Below, piece after piece: positions 6,476 to 14,064 of a stretch of 38,886 bases of DNA. Location: the IMG/VR virus record IMGVR_UViG_3300045988_156257, positions 1 to 38,886 of that record. One strand, 5' to 3'. Numbering within the stretch: the stretch's first letter is position 1; each line of letters opens with the position of its first letter. The DNA is from a virus. The notes under the pieces were generated by a model that did not search any database, was not told where the DNA came from, and saw nothing but the letters and a program-made list of their open reading frames with translations. A program made the position numbers and the translations under genes.

Positions 6476-6787
6476 TTAGTTAAAATACCCGCGTAGGACC
6501 TTTTTAACGACTCCTCTATCATGGTCAGAAATTGGCTTGCCATCAAAACTACGCGATTCATCAATTGCTTTGTCTAAATCAAAATCAACATGCTTGGCAG
6601 AACGGCCCAACAGATAGTCTACCGAAACGTCAAAGTAGTCTGCTACTTTTTCTAAGTATTTTGAGTTAGGCGCACTTTTAGCCCACTTTGATATGGATCC
6701 ATTAGATAAGTCGAGTTTTCTTTCCAACTCAGCAACCGTCATTTTACGGCCATTTGCGAGTGTTTTTACAATCTCGTAAGTATTCAT
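6476..6787 (-). CDS. XRE/CI-type HTH repressor
   Basis: 103 aa. The N-terminal HTH is MTVAELERKLDLSNGSISKWAK...VADYFDVSVDYLLGR. GGGAGA lies upstream of the ATG. It is divergent from the cro-like gene. Confidence 0.88.
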   Translation of the reverse strand: MNTYEIVKTLANGRKMTVAELERKLDLSNGSISKWAKSAPNSKYLEKVADYFDVSVDYLLGRSAKHVDFDLDKAIDESRSFDGKPISDHDRGVVKKVLRGYFN

Positions 6788-7010
6788 ATTTGTATCTCCC
6801 AGAATTATTTCTATTTTTGACCTTGTATTAGAAATGGTTCTGTGATACTATAATTTTGTGCTTGAGATAAGGGCACAGAACCAAAGCTAACAAGAGAGGG
6901 GCCATAGTGCAATATGGCTCGTTTCTTATGCACTAATAATAGAATGTTTTCTATCATTAGTCAATATTACATTAATTATTTCTTAGAAATAATTCTGAAA
7001 GGAGACGACT
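6788..7010. promoter_or_regulatory. Genetic switch region with operator-like repeats
   Basis: AGAATTATTTCT (6801-6812) has its exact reverse complement AGAAATAATTCT at 6985-6996. There is a 21-bp perfect palindrome AATTATTTCT-T-AGAAATAATT at 6974-6994. GGTTCTGTG/CACAGAACC (6836-6844 / 6874-6882) encloses a TATAAT at 6849-6854. Alternative hairpins lie at 6901-6934. Confidence 0.7.
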
Positions 7011-7232
7011 ATGAGCATCTATAACGCTGTCAAAGGTCTAGCGGCAGATCAAGGCAAGTCGATCTACAAAATAGAGCACGACTTGAACCTGAGCAACGGG
7101 ACCATTTCCAAATGGAACAAGTCCGTGCCTCAAGTTAATCGACTACAAGCCGTAGCTGATTATCTTGGAGTAAGTATCCCTTATCTGCTAAGACTGTCGG
7201 AGGATGATGAGCATGCAACTAACCTTAAGTAA
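7011..7232 (+). CDS. Cro-like XRE HTH regulator
   Basis: 73 aa. The HTH is KSIYKIEHDLNLSNGTISKWNK...VADYLGVSIPYLL. AAAGGAG lies upstream. It is the first gene of the rightward early operon. Confidence 0.85.
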   Translation: MSIYNAVKGLAADQGKSIYKIEHDLNLSNGTISKWNKSVPQVNRLQAVADYLGVSIPYLLRLSEDDEHATNLK

Positions 7233-7533
7233 TGTCGACCTGCAAGCTTTAGCTGAGCAGATCGCACCGCTGATATCTCCGGCTAAGCCTGAGCCAGACT
7301 GGGCCAAGTTGAAAGACGTTCGCGATGACCTGTTCGCCGAAAAGTCACCAGCGTGGATCCGCTTGTACGTATTTGACGCATTCCCGGAAGTCCAGATTGA
7401 AAATGGTCAATCGGGTGCTTGGGTTAAAGGCGCACACGGCAAGGGCAGCGTCACTAAGATTTACCTGCCATATGCGCGAACGTGGATGCACGAACATCAC
7501 GATGAGATCGATTGGACGGCTAGAATGCCGTGA
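7213..7533 (+). CDS. Early protein, DUF771-like (possible excisionase/DNA-binding)
   Basis: GGAGG at 7199-7203 is best spaced (9 nt) for the ATG at 7213. The sequence pattern WAKLKDV...WIRLYVFDAFPEV...GAWVKG recalls DUF771 proteins that commonly follow cro in phages of lactic acid bacteria. Function is uncertain. Confidence 0.55.
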   Translation: MQLTLSNVDLQALAEQIAPLISPAKPEPDWAKLKDVRDDLFAEKSPAWIRLYVFDAFPEVQIENGQSGAWVKGAHGKGSVTKIYLPYARTWMHEHHDEIDWTARMP

Positions 7534-7548
7534 GAGGAGGTGATTCAA

Positions 7549-7674
7549 ATGGGACTATTACTAATCATCATGTCGGTCTTATCGATCGATATGGTGGTCA
7601 ACAACGTTTTACTCACAAAGCGTTGTCATCGCCTGGAGATGAAGCTACGCAACGAACACTACAAGGGGGACTAA
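7549..7674 (+). CDS. 41-aa hydrophobic micro-protein (not in ORF track)
   Basis: AGGAGG at 7535-7540 is followed 8 nt later by an ATG. The translation is MGLLLIIMSVLSIDMVVNNVLLTKRCHRLEMKLRNEHYKGD. The stop lies 2 nt before the next ATG. Confidence 0.45.
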   Translation: MGLLLIIMSVLSIDMVVNNVLLTKRCHRLEMKLRNEHYKGD

Positions 7675-7676
7675 TC

Positions 7677-7838
7677 ATGACTGAGATGATTGCATACGGA
7701 GCGCTATTTGTCTTAGCGATCGCTTTGCTGCTGACAAACCACTTGATCCTGGCGACGGTGGCCATCGTGCCGTATGTCTTGGTTAGCTTTAAATACAGTT
7801 TTCCGCAGGAACAAAAGAAGGCCCAGCGAAACCGCTAG
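7677..7838 (+). CDS. 53-aa membrane micro-protein
   Basis: The ATG at 7677 is preceded by AAGGGGGA. The product is MTEMIAYGALFVLAIALLLTNHLILATVAIVPYVLVSF..., with two hydrophobic helices. The track's longer form starting at 7530 has no SD. Confidence 0.5.
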   Translation: MTEMIAYGALFVLAIALLLTNHLILATVAIVPYVLVSFKYSFPQEQKKAQRNR

Positions 7839-7874
7839 GCCAAAAAAGAAATCAAACCACGAGGTAATTTTAAC

Positions 7875-8084
7875 ATGACACAAGATGAAATCAAAGTTGG
7901 CCAAGTGGCCAACCAACTGCTAAAGCTAAGCGAACACATACTGACGGATGCCAATCGCTTAGTATTGCATGAACCAAAGACACGGAGCGAGGCCATTGCT
8001 GAACATGACGCCATCGTTAAGCAGGCAGAGCAATTGGTTCTGTACGCAAAGGACTGGAAGCACGAAGTCACAGGGAGGTTTTAA
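7875..8084 (+). CDS. Hypothetical early protein
   Basis: 69-aa ORF with GAGG upstream, tightly packed before recT. No domain recognised. Confidence 0.6.
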   Translation: MTQDEIKVGQVANQLLKLSEHILTDANRLVLHEPKTRSEAIAEHDAIVKQAEQLVLYAKDWKHEVTGRF

Positions 8085-8086
8085 CC

Positions 8087-9100
8087 ATGTATCAACAACA
8101 GCAACCACAGGAACCAGTAAACGTTAGGGAATTAACCGACCAGGTCGCAGGACGCCTGGAGGATCTGAAAGACGAGGGACTAGCGCTGCCAACGAATTAT
8201 AGCGCTCAAAATGCACTGAAAGCAGCTTACTTACGGTTGCAAGGTGTCAAAGACCGGCAAGGACGTCCGGCACTAACCGTTTGCTCGCAATCAAGCATTG
8301 CTAACGCCTTACTTGATATGGCGATTCAAGGCCTTTCGCCGGCCAAGAATCAGTGTTACTTCATCGTTTATGGAAATGAACTGCAAATGCAGCGGTCTTA
8401 CTTTGGGACAATTGCCGCCTTGAAGCGCTTGGACAGCATTGAAGACATTGACGCCCAAGTGATCCACCAAGGGGATGAGTTCGAGATTGGGGCCGATGAA
8501 ACCGGCCACATCATTGTGACCAAGTTCAAGCCCAGTTTTGCTAACTTGGACAAGCCAATTAAGGGTGCGTTTGCCTTTATCAAGCTGACCAACGGCAGGA
8601 CTGCTTACACAGTGATGACGAAGGCTCAAATTGATGTTTCTTGGAGTCAAAGTCGAAATCGGCAAAACAAGGTTCAAGACAAGTTTAGCGATGAAATGGC
8701 CAAGCGGACGGTCATTAACCGCGCTGCCAAGATGTTTATCAACACATCTGACGATAGCGACCTATTGACAGGCTCAATTAACGCCGTTACTAAGGCGGAG
8801 TACGAAGAACCGACAGAGCCAAAGGACATAACGCAAACAGCGGCCGAAGAACAGGGGAGCACGGCTCAATTGCTGGCGGACTTTCAAGAAGCCCAGCAGG
8901 CCGAAGAGGAGGTTAAGACAAAACCAGCTCCCGTACAAGCCCCAAAACAGCCCGTAGCGAAAGAGAAACCAAAAACTAAAGAAGACCCCAAGGTACCGGC
9001 TAAAACGTCAGAGAGCGAACCAGAAGCAAAGCCAGCGAGTGAAACTGACGAACGCCAGATGTCAATTGATGATTTCTTGAAGGAGGGTCAAAATGCTTAA
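8087..9100 (+). CDS. recT: RecT-family single-strand annealing protein with long disordered C-terminal tail
   Basis: GGGAGG SD. The core (ALKAAYLRLQG..., NQCYFIVYGNELQMQRSYFG, KRTVINRAAK) is typical of RecT. A Pro/Lys/Glu-rich tail ends in MSIDDFLKEGQNA. Confidence 0.82.
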   Translation: MYQQQQPQEPVNVRELTDQVAGRLEDLKDEGLALPTNYSAQNALKAAYLRLQGVKDRQGRPALTVCSQSSIANALLDMAIQGLSPAKNQCYFIVYGNELQMQRSYFGTIAALKRLDSIEDIDAQVIHQGDEFEIGADETGHIIVTKFKPSFANLDKPIKGAFAFIKLTNGRTAYTVMTKAQIDVSWSQSRNRQNKVQDKFSDEMAKRTVINRAAKMFINTSDDSDLLTGSINAVTKAEYEEPTEPKDITQTAAEEQGSTAQLLADFQEAQQAEEEVKTKPAPVQAPKQPVAKEKPKTKEDPKVPAKTSESEPEAKPASETDERQMSIDDFLKEGQNA

Positions 9101-9941
9101 ACTCACACCAGAAAACTACTACTCTCACGAAACCGACTGGGACTACATGAGTTTTAGTCTATACAAGGATTTTACAAAATGTGAAGCCGCCGCTTTAGCT
9201 AAGATCAGCGAAGATTGGCAACCAACCTCAAGTCCGACACCTTTACTGGTTGGAAACTACATCCACTCGTATTTTGAGAGCCCAGAGGCACATCAAGCTT
9301 GGTTAGACCGGTCAGAAACCGGCGCGAAGACTAACCGAGAATTTATGATGACCAAGCCAACGAAGACGAACCCTGACGGCCACTTGCGAGCCGAATTCAA
9401 GCTAGCTGACCAGATGATTCAGACGCTTAAAAACGACAAACTTTTTAAGTTTGTCTATGTGCCCGGTGAAAAAGAAGTAATTGTGACCGGTAAGATTGGT
9501 GGTCACGAATGGAAAGGCAAGGTTGACAGCCTAGTCCTAGATAAAGGTTACTTTTGCGACTTAAAGACCGTTGACGACATCCACAAAAAGCATTGGAATG
9601 ACGAAAACAAGCTGTACACGAACTTTATTGAGGATCGCGGTTACGTTATGCAAGCGGCGATTTACCAAGAGTTGATCAAGCAAACCTTTGGTAAGCAATG
9701 CCAACCGTATTTGTTCGCGGTTAGCAAGCAAACACCACCAGATAAAGGCGCCTTTGACTTTCAAGGCGATACCAAGTTTTTAATGCAAGAAGCGATTGAT
9801 GAGATCAAGGAGAACCAAGACCGGTACTGGCAAATCATGAACGGTGAAGTAGCGCCGAAGCACTGTGGGAAGTGTGAATATTGCCGGTTAACGAAGGAGC
9901 TATCCGGATTCCAACACGTAACAGATATTGAGGTGGACTAA
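9093..9941 (+). CDS. PD-(D/E)XK exonuclease (RecT partner, Cas4-like C-terminal Cys cluster)
   Basis: GAAGGAGGG SD. It has GKVDSLVLDKGYFCDLKT (D...D-x-K nuclease motif) and a C-terminal CGKCEYC. Its position between recT and ssb supports the call. Confidence 0.75.
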   Translation: MLKLTPENYYSHETDWDYMSFSLYKDFTKCEAAALAKISEDWQPTSSPTPLLVGNYIHSYFESPEAHQAWLDRSETGAKTNREFMMTKPTKTNPDGHLRAEFKLADQMIQTLKNDKLFKFVYVPGEKEVIVTGKIGGHEWKGKVDSLVLDKGYFCDLKTVDDIHKKHWNDENKLYTNFIEDRGYVMQAAIYQELIKQTFGKQCQPYLFAVSKQTPPDKGAFDFQGDTKFLMQEAIDEIKENQDRYWQIMNGEVAPKHCGKCEYCRLTKELSGFQHVTDIEVD

Positions 9942-10373
9942 ATGAGTGAAGCAACAATCCAATTTCAAGGCCGGCTAACCGGCGAACCACAGAAGAACCA
10001 AGCTGGAAATTATCAAGTCGTCAACTTTAACGTGGCCGTTGATGGCAGTCGGCGGGATGCACCGACGATCTTTTACCGGGTTGCTGTATGGGGCAATCGT
10101 GGTCAGTGGGCCATGAATTACCTCCACAAAGGCACGCCGGTGATGGTATCCGGCACGCTAAGCCAAGCAAGAGTTTACCAGCGTAAAGACGGCGAATCAG
10201 GAATCAACCTGGACGTCAATTCTGACCACGTGGACTTTGTCGTTTTACCACCGCAAAACAACGGTGGTTTCCAGCAACAACAAGCCCCGCAGCAACCGCA
10301 AGGCCAATTTAACCATCAACAAGGGCAACCACAACAACAGCAAGGATTTAACAGCAACAATTTACCGTATTAG
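9942..10373 (+). CDS. ssb: Single-stranded DNA-binding protein
   Basis: It has an OB-fold N-terminus (FQGRLTGEPQ..., FYRVAVWGNRG) and a Gln/Pro-rich linker. The C-terminal tip is NSNNLPY. Confidence 0.88.
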   Translation: MSEATIQFQGRLTGEPQKNQAGNYQVVNFNVAVDGSRRDAPTIFYRVAVWGNRGQWAMNYLHKGTPVMVSGTLSQARVYQRKDGESGINLDVNSDHVDFVVLPPQNNGGFQQQQAPQQPQGQFNHQQGQPQQQQGFNSNNLPY

Positions 10374-10384
10374 GAGGTGATTAG

Positions 10385-11134
10385 ATGGCACAACGACGAA
10401 TGTTTAGCAAGAAGATCACTGATACGGATCTCTTTCTCGATATGCCGGCTAGTGCACAAAACCTTTATTTCCATCTCAACATGCACGCAGATGATGACGG
10501 CTTTTTAGGCAATGCTAAGACCATTAAACGCATGGTTGGCGCTAGCGATGACGACTTAAAGCTGTTAGCAGCCAAGCAATTTATCATAACTTTTGAAGAT
10601 GGTGTGACCGTGATTCGCGATTGGCGAGTACACAATTACATTCAAAAAGATCGCTATCGATCGACCATTTACACCGACCATAAGCGAGAACTAAATGTCA
10701 ATGAAAACCAGCAGTACCAACGGATTGAGGCTATGGATTCGAAATGTATCCAGAATGTATCCAGTTTGGATACTCAGGTTAGGTTAGGTAAGGATAGGTT
10801 AGAGATAGGTAAGGATAGAGATATATATACTTCATCGCCGGCAAAGGCCGACGATCATTTGTCTGAAAACTTTGAGGCAATCTGGAAAGAATACCCAAAC
10901 AAGGCTGGAAAGAAAGATGCATTCCGTCACTACAAGAAATGGCGAAAGGAATCGAAAGAACACACTGATGAGTACCTAATGTCAAAGTTAAAAGCCTACA
11001 AGCAGGATTTAGCAGTGAACCAATGGAAAAAGCCAATGAATGGATCGACTTGGTTTAATGGCCGGTTTGATGATGAGTACGCAACGCCAATCATGGATCA
11101 ACAGCCGAACCGTGCTAAGGGTTATCAATTCTAG
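10385..11134 (+). CDS. Replisome organiser / replication initiator (Phage_rep_org_N-like)
   Basis: The N-terminus MAQRRMFSKKITDTDLFLDMPASAQNLYFHLNMHADDDGFL is characteristic of phage replisome organisers. It contains internal DNA iterons and is followed by a helicase loader. Confidence 0.8.
   Translation: MAQRRMFSKKITDTDLFLDMPASAQNLYFHLNMHADDDGFLGNAKTIKRMVGASDDDLKLLAAKQFIITFEDGVTVIRDWRVHNYIQKDRYRSTIYTDHKRELNVNENQQYQRIEAMDSKCIQNVSSLDTQVRLGKDRLEIGKDRDIYTSSPAKADDHLSENFEAIWKEYPNKAGKKDAFRHYKKWRKESKEHTDEYLMSKLKAYKQDLAVNQWKKPMNGSTWFNGRFDDEYATPIMDQQPNRAKGYQF
10743..10830. repeat. Putative origin of replication iterons inside the organiser gene
   Basis: AATGTATCCAG occurs twice in perfect tandem (10743-10764). 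There are AGGTT/AGGTA pentamer runs. The 13-mer TAGGTAAGGATAG occurs twice, 21 bp apart (10785-10797 and 10806-10818), followed by ATATATATA. Confidence 0.6.
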
Positions 11135-11142
11135 GAGGCAAT

Positions 11143-11961
11143 ATGGAAGGATTAAATTTGCCACCTAACATTGTGGCAATGATGAGAGAGCAAGATCGTG
11201 ATCCTACGAAGGATCCATCAGTCTTTGCGGAGATGAAAAAACGTAAGGAAGAACGTGAGCAGCGTTTGATTAGCGAGTGGAACAAACAGATCCGCCAGGA
11301 CAAAATTAAAAGTTGGCTGCGAGATTCTATTTGGTCAGGTTCCCGACCTTTGAATTTTACCTTTGAGCGATGGAAGCCTGATATGCAAGAAAATACTCAA
11401 TTAGCGCGGGAAGTTGGTAACAGCGCCTGGAAGTTAGCTAACAGAATGATTGCCGGTGAGCAGTTTAACGTACTGATGTATGGCGAACCAGGAACTGGTA
11501 AAACCAGTCTAGCGTTGGCGATTGCTGACAAGGTATTTAAGGACGCCGAGAAACCGTATCTGTTTATTTCAACGATAAAGATATTTGGAATGTTTAGCGA
11601 ACGGTTCGATAACCCGGAAGTTGGTCATAGGCTCAAAGATTTGCAGAAAAAGGCCAAGCAAGCTCCAATATTGATCATTGATGACTTTGGAACAGAAGCC
11701 GGGATGAAGATATTCAATAAAAATACAGGGAAAGCACATTTCAATCCGGTTCGAAAGGACATGCAGGAGTGGTTGTATGAAGTAGCAGACGCCAGATATG
11801 ACGAGTACGAAAATGCGCATCACGGGTCAACGATTGTTACGACTAACAACACATCGGGTGATTTGGTGCAGATGTACAACCCAAAGCTAATCAGTCGGAT
11901 GATTACCAAACGTAAAGACAACACGATCGATTTTAAAGGACTAGATGATATGCGAGGTTAG
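11143..11961 (+). CDS. DnaC/IstB-like AAA+ helicase loader
   Basis: Walker A is YGEPGTGKTS and Walker B is ILIIDDFG. AGGAGG SD. Confidence 0.85.
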   Translation: MEGLNLPPNIVAMMREQDRDPTKDPSVFAEMKKRKEEREQRLISEWNKQIRQDKIKSWLRDSIWSGSRPLNFTFERWKPDMQENTQLAREVGNSAWKLANRMIAGEQFNVLMYGEPGTGKTSLALAIADKVFKDAEKPYLFISTIKIFGMFSERFDNPEVGHRLKDLQKKAKQAPILIIDDFGTEAGMKIFNKNTGKAHFNPVRKDMQEWLYEVADARYDEYENAHHGSTIVTTNNTSGDLVQMYNPKLISRMITKRKDNTIDFKGLDDMRG

Positions 11962-11964
11962 AAC

Positions 11965-12147
11965 ATGGCAACGATTGAATTTTGGCCGGGTGACCGGGTT
12001 AGATGGCGCAAAGTTGAGTTTACGGTCACCTCCATCTGGAGCGATGGGACGGTTGATCTGTGGGACGATCATTACCAGTTAATGCAACCAGATGTTAAGG
12101 CGAGTGAGGTTGAGCGAGTGGATACAGGGAAACGAATGGTCAAATAA
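11965..12147 (+). CDS. Hypothetical small protein
   Basis: 60-aa ORF with GAGG upstream, closely following the loader gene. Confidence 0.55.
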   Translation: MATIEFWPGDRVRWRKVEFTVTSIWSDGTVDLWDDHYQLMQPDVKASEVERVDTGKRMVK

Positions 12148-12169
12148 AAAGGCCACCGATACGGGTGGC
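12141..12169 (-). terminator. Intrinsic terminator oriented for the minus strand
   Basis: GCCACC-CGTATC-GGTGGC hairpin, read on the minus strand, followed by CTTTTTATTT. On the + strand it is followed by GGGGTG, with no U-tract. Confidence 0.6.
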
Positions 12170-12569
12170 GGGGTGCGATTACCAGGAATAGCGTTGGCGG
12201 AAGGCATTGTTAATTTAGTCGTTAAGTTAGAGTTGGTTAAGCTTACCATCCCCTTAGTATCAAATTTGGAACTTACGTTTGCTGTTGGGAACTTGAAATT
12301 ATTCATTGCCTTCATCTGTTTAGCTACGCCATTCATCAATTTTGTTACCGTAACGGCTTTTTATCCGTTACTTCTGTATGTTTCCATACAGTTCAGCATA
12401 TCTCTTCAACTCGGGGAGTTGCCGGGCGCTCGTGGGATATAAATCCTATGCGTTGCACCTTCAATTAAGCTTGGCTCAGGGTTGCCATATCAACTAAGAC
12501 TTAGGTTTTCCTTGAATTCACCCGGTGCTAAGTAACGTATCGCTACGCCACAGGGCAATCAACAATCAG

Positions 12570-12578
12570 ATTATACCA
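12570..12578 (-). promoter_or_regulatory. Extended -10 element TGgTATAAT on the minus strand
   Basis: The reverse complement of 12570-12578 reads TGGTATAAT. It points into the ORF-free region that ends at the minus-strand terminator at 12141-12169. Confidence 0.35.
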
Positions 12579-12614
12579 CAAAATATTGGGGTAAAGAGGA
12601 GTGAGGCAATCACC

Positions 12615-12812
12615 ATGTGGTGGGATAAAGTACAACCAATCATGATTAGACAAAATCGAAGTATCTATTGGCTAGCAAAGCAAACTGGGATCCTAGATAA
12701 CACACTTTACCAGTACAAAAACAAAGGCGTGGAACCGAGCTTCAGGAATGCTTGTAGGATTGCAGACGCATTACAGGTTAGCCTATTAGAGTTACGAGAG
12801 GACGATTATTAG
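12615..12812 (+). CDS. Small XRE-type HTH protein
   Basis: The ATG at 12615 has GAGG 8 nt upstream. The HTH is RSIYWLAKQTGILDNTLYQYKNKG...IADALQVSLLEL. The track's N-terminal extension has no SD. Confidence 0.7.
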   Translation: MWWDKVQPIMIRQNRSIYWLAKQTGILDNTLYQYKNKGVEPSFRNACRIADALQVSLLELREDDY

Positions 12813-12814
12813 GG

Positions 12815-13297
12815 ATGAAACACTTTGGACAAAAGGTGGAACTAGACGGGATTACCTTCGACAGCATGAAGGAAGCCCAATTCTACTTGCAATTTGTCAA
12901 GCCTAGCGGGAAGAGGTTTACTTGCCACGAAAACTTTGAGGTGCTAGGTAAATTCGAGGTAGGGGGCTACACGCAACGGGGGATGTTCTACCGGCCAGAC
13001 TTTGTCATTTACGGGCCAGAGGGGCGAGAACATGTTTATGATGTCAAGACCTCGTTAAGTTCACGAGGAATTGATAAAGGAGCCTTGCTACGGTTCAAGC
13101 TATTCGCCCGGCGCTATGGATTGCCTGTTGAGGTAGTGGTACCGACCAAGAATAGTTTCCGTATGAAGCTATTTGGCTTTACCACACAACTACAGCCGGC
13201 TCATCCCCGTAAGAAGCGAAACGGCAAAGTAGAGATTGACCACTACCACGAATTTAAAAGCATTGATTATGACGTCAAAGGAATAATCGGAATGTAG
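12815..13297 (+). CDS. DUF1064-like PD-(D/E)XK nuclease (Holliday-junction-resolvase-like)
   Basis: ITFDSMKEAQFYLQF and YRPDFVIYGPEGREHVYDVKT (D...D-x-K) match the DUF1064 pattern common in Firmicute phage replication modules. Confidence 0.65.
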   Translation: MKHFGQKVELDGITFDSMKEAQFYLQFVKPSGKRFTCHENFEVLGKFEVGGYTQRGMFYRPDFVIYGPEGREHVYDVKTSLSSRGIDKGALLRFKLFARRYGLPVEVVVPTKNSFRMKLFGFTTQLQPAHPRKKRNGKVEIDHYHEFKSIDYDVKGIIGM

Positions 13298-13433
13298 GTG
13301 TGAATGGAGGATCTAAAATAATGACTAACGAAGAATACCGATGACGTCATAATCAATTACTGGGGTCTTGAAGGCTGTTACAAAACTTTGATTCACCAGT
13401 ACTAGAAACTTGTCACGATGAGGAGGTAGAGAA

Positions 13434-13886
13434 GTGAACTTGCTGACACGTGGCCTGCTTTGTGCAATTCACATGCGATTTGATGACCGTTTGCAAATTG
13501 AAGATAAGGAATATATTGACGAATTTGGTGAGCCTGACTTTGAACGAGAAACTCAAAAATTCAACCGCCGATTAAGGGCGATTGAAAAACTCCGTAAGTC
13601 AGATGACCAGCTTGAGCGAGAGCGGCTCCGAGAGCTGGAAATGGCTAAACGAAAGGGTGTAATTGACGGCTTGCGTACGATCTTTTTAGCCAAGGAACGG
13701 AAGCTTAAGGACGCTCGCAAGGGTACGAGCGAGTTTCCAGAATTGTGGGACATGCTCTTGGAATGGAAAATTAAAAGAAAACTAACTTTAGCGGATGCTG
13801 CATGCATTTCAAAGCGGTCGTTTAAAACGGTGAAAAATGAGCTGCATAAAGCGGCAGTGCGTAAAAAGAGGGCGGAAGGACAATGA
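13434..13886 (+). CDS. Hypothetical charged/coiled-coil protein
   Basis: The GTG start is preceded by GAGGAGG (7 nt). 150 aa, Arg/Lys/Glu-rich. No domain recognised. Confidence 0.6.
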   Translation: MNLLTRGLLCAIHMRFDDRLQIEDKEYIDEFGEPDFERETQKFNRRLRAIEKLRKSDDQLERERLRELEMAKRKGVIDGLRTIFLAKERKLKDARKGTSEFPELWDMLLEWKIKRKLTLADAACISKRSFKTVKNELHKAAVRKKRAEGQ

Positions 13887-13984
13887 TGGAAACGATTAAA
13901 TGGATCTTAGCGGTACTCACTGCGTTGGCGATTGCTAATGGGGTGGTGTGGTTGCTAGTCGGAATTCCGATTTGGCGCTGGTGA
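13883..13984 (+). CDS. 33-aa membrane micro-protein (not in ORF track)
   Basis: ATGA overlap with the upstream stop. GGAAGGA lies upstream. The translation is MMETIKWILAVLTALAIANGVVWLLVGIPIWRW. Confidence 0.4.
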   Translation: MMETIKWILAVLTALAIANGVVWLLVGIPIWRW

Positions 13985-14064
13985 AACTGACAAAATAAAG
14001 AGCACCCATGTAGGGCGCTCTCAAAGCAAATATCAATCCAATTATACAGCGAGGAGTGCACTTC

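Noticed and set aside
7530-7676. Long form (102 aa) of the ORF starting at 7530
   Set aside because: There is no SD before its GTG. A different frame with a perfect AGGAGG gives a 41-aa ORF, and the hydrophobic C-terminal part has its own SD and ATG at 7677.
12079-12442. Overlapping ORFs of 86 aa (-) and 116 aa (+) in the track
   Set aside because: Neither has a Shine-Dalgarno sequence. They overlap each other and the 3' end of the upstream gene. The minus-strand one reads straight through the minus-strand terminator hairpin. I treat the region as non-coding.
13298-13433. 7-codon mini-ORF (ATGACTAACGAAGAATACCGATGA) with GGAGG upstream, and the palindrome ATGACGTCAT
   Set aside because: It is too short to assess. 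The palindrome is a single 10-mer without partners. Noted only as a possible leader peptide or regulatory site, with nothing supportable.
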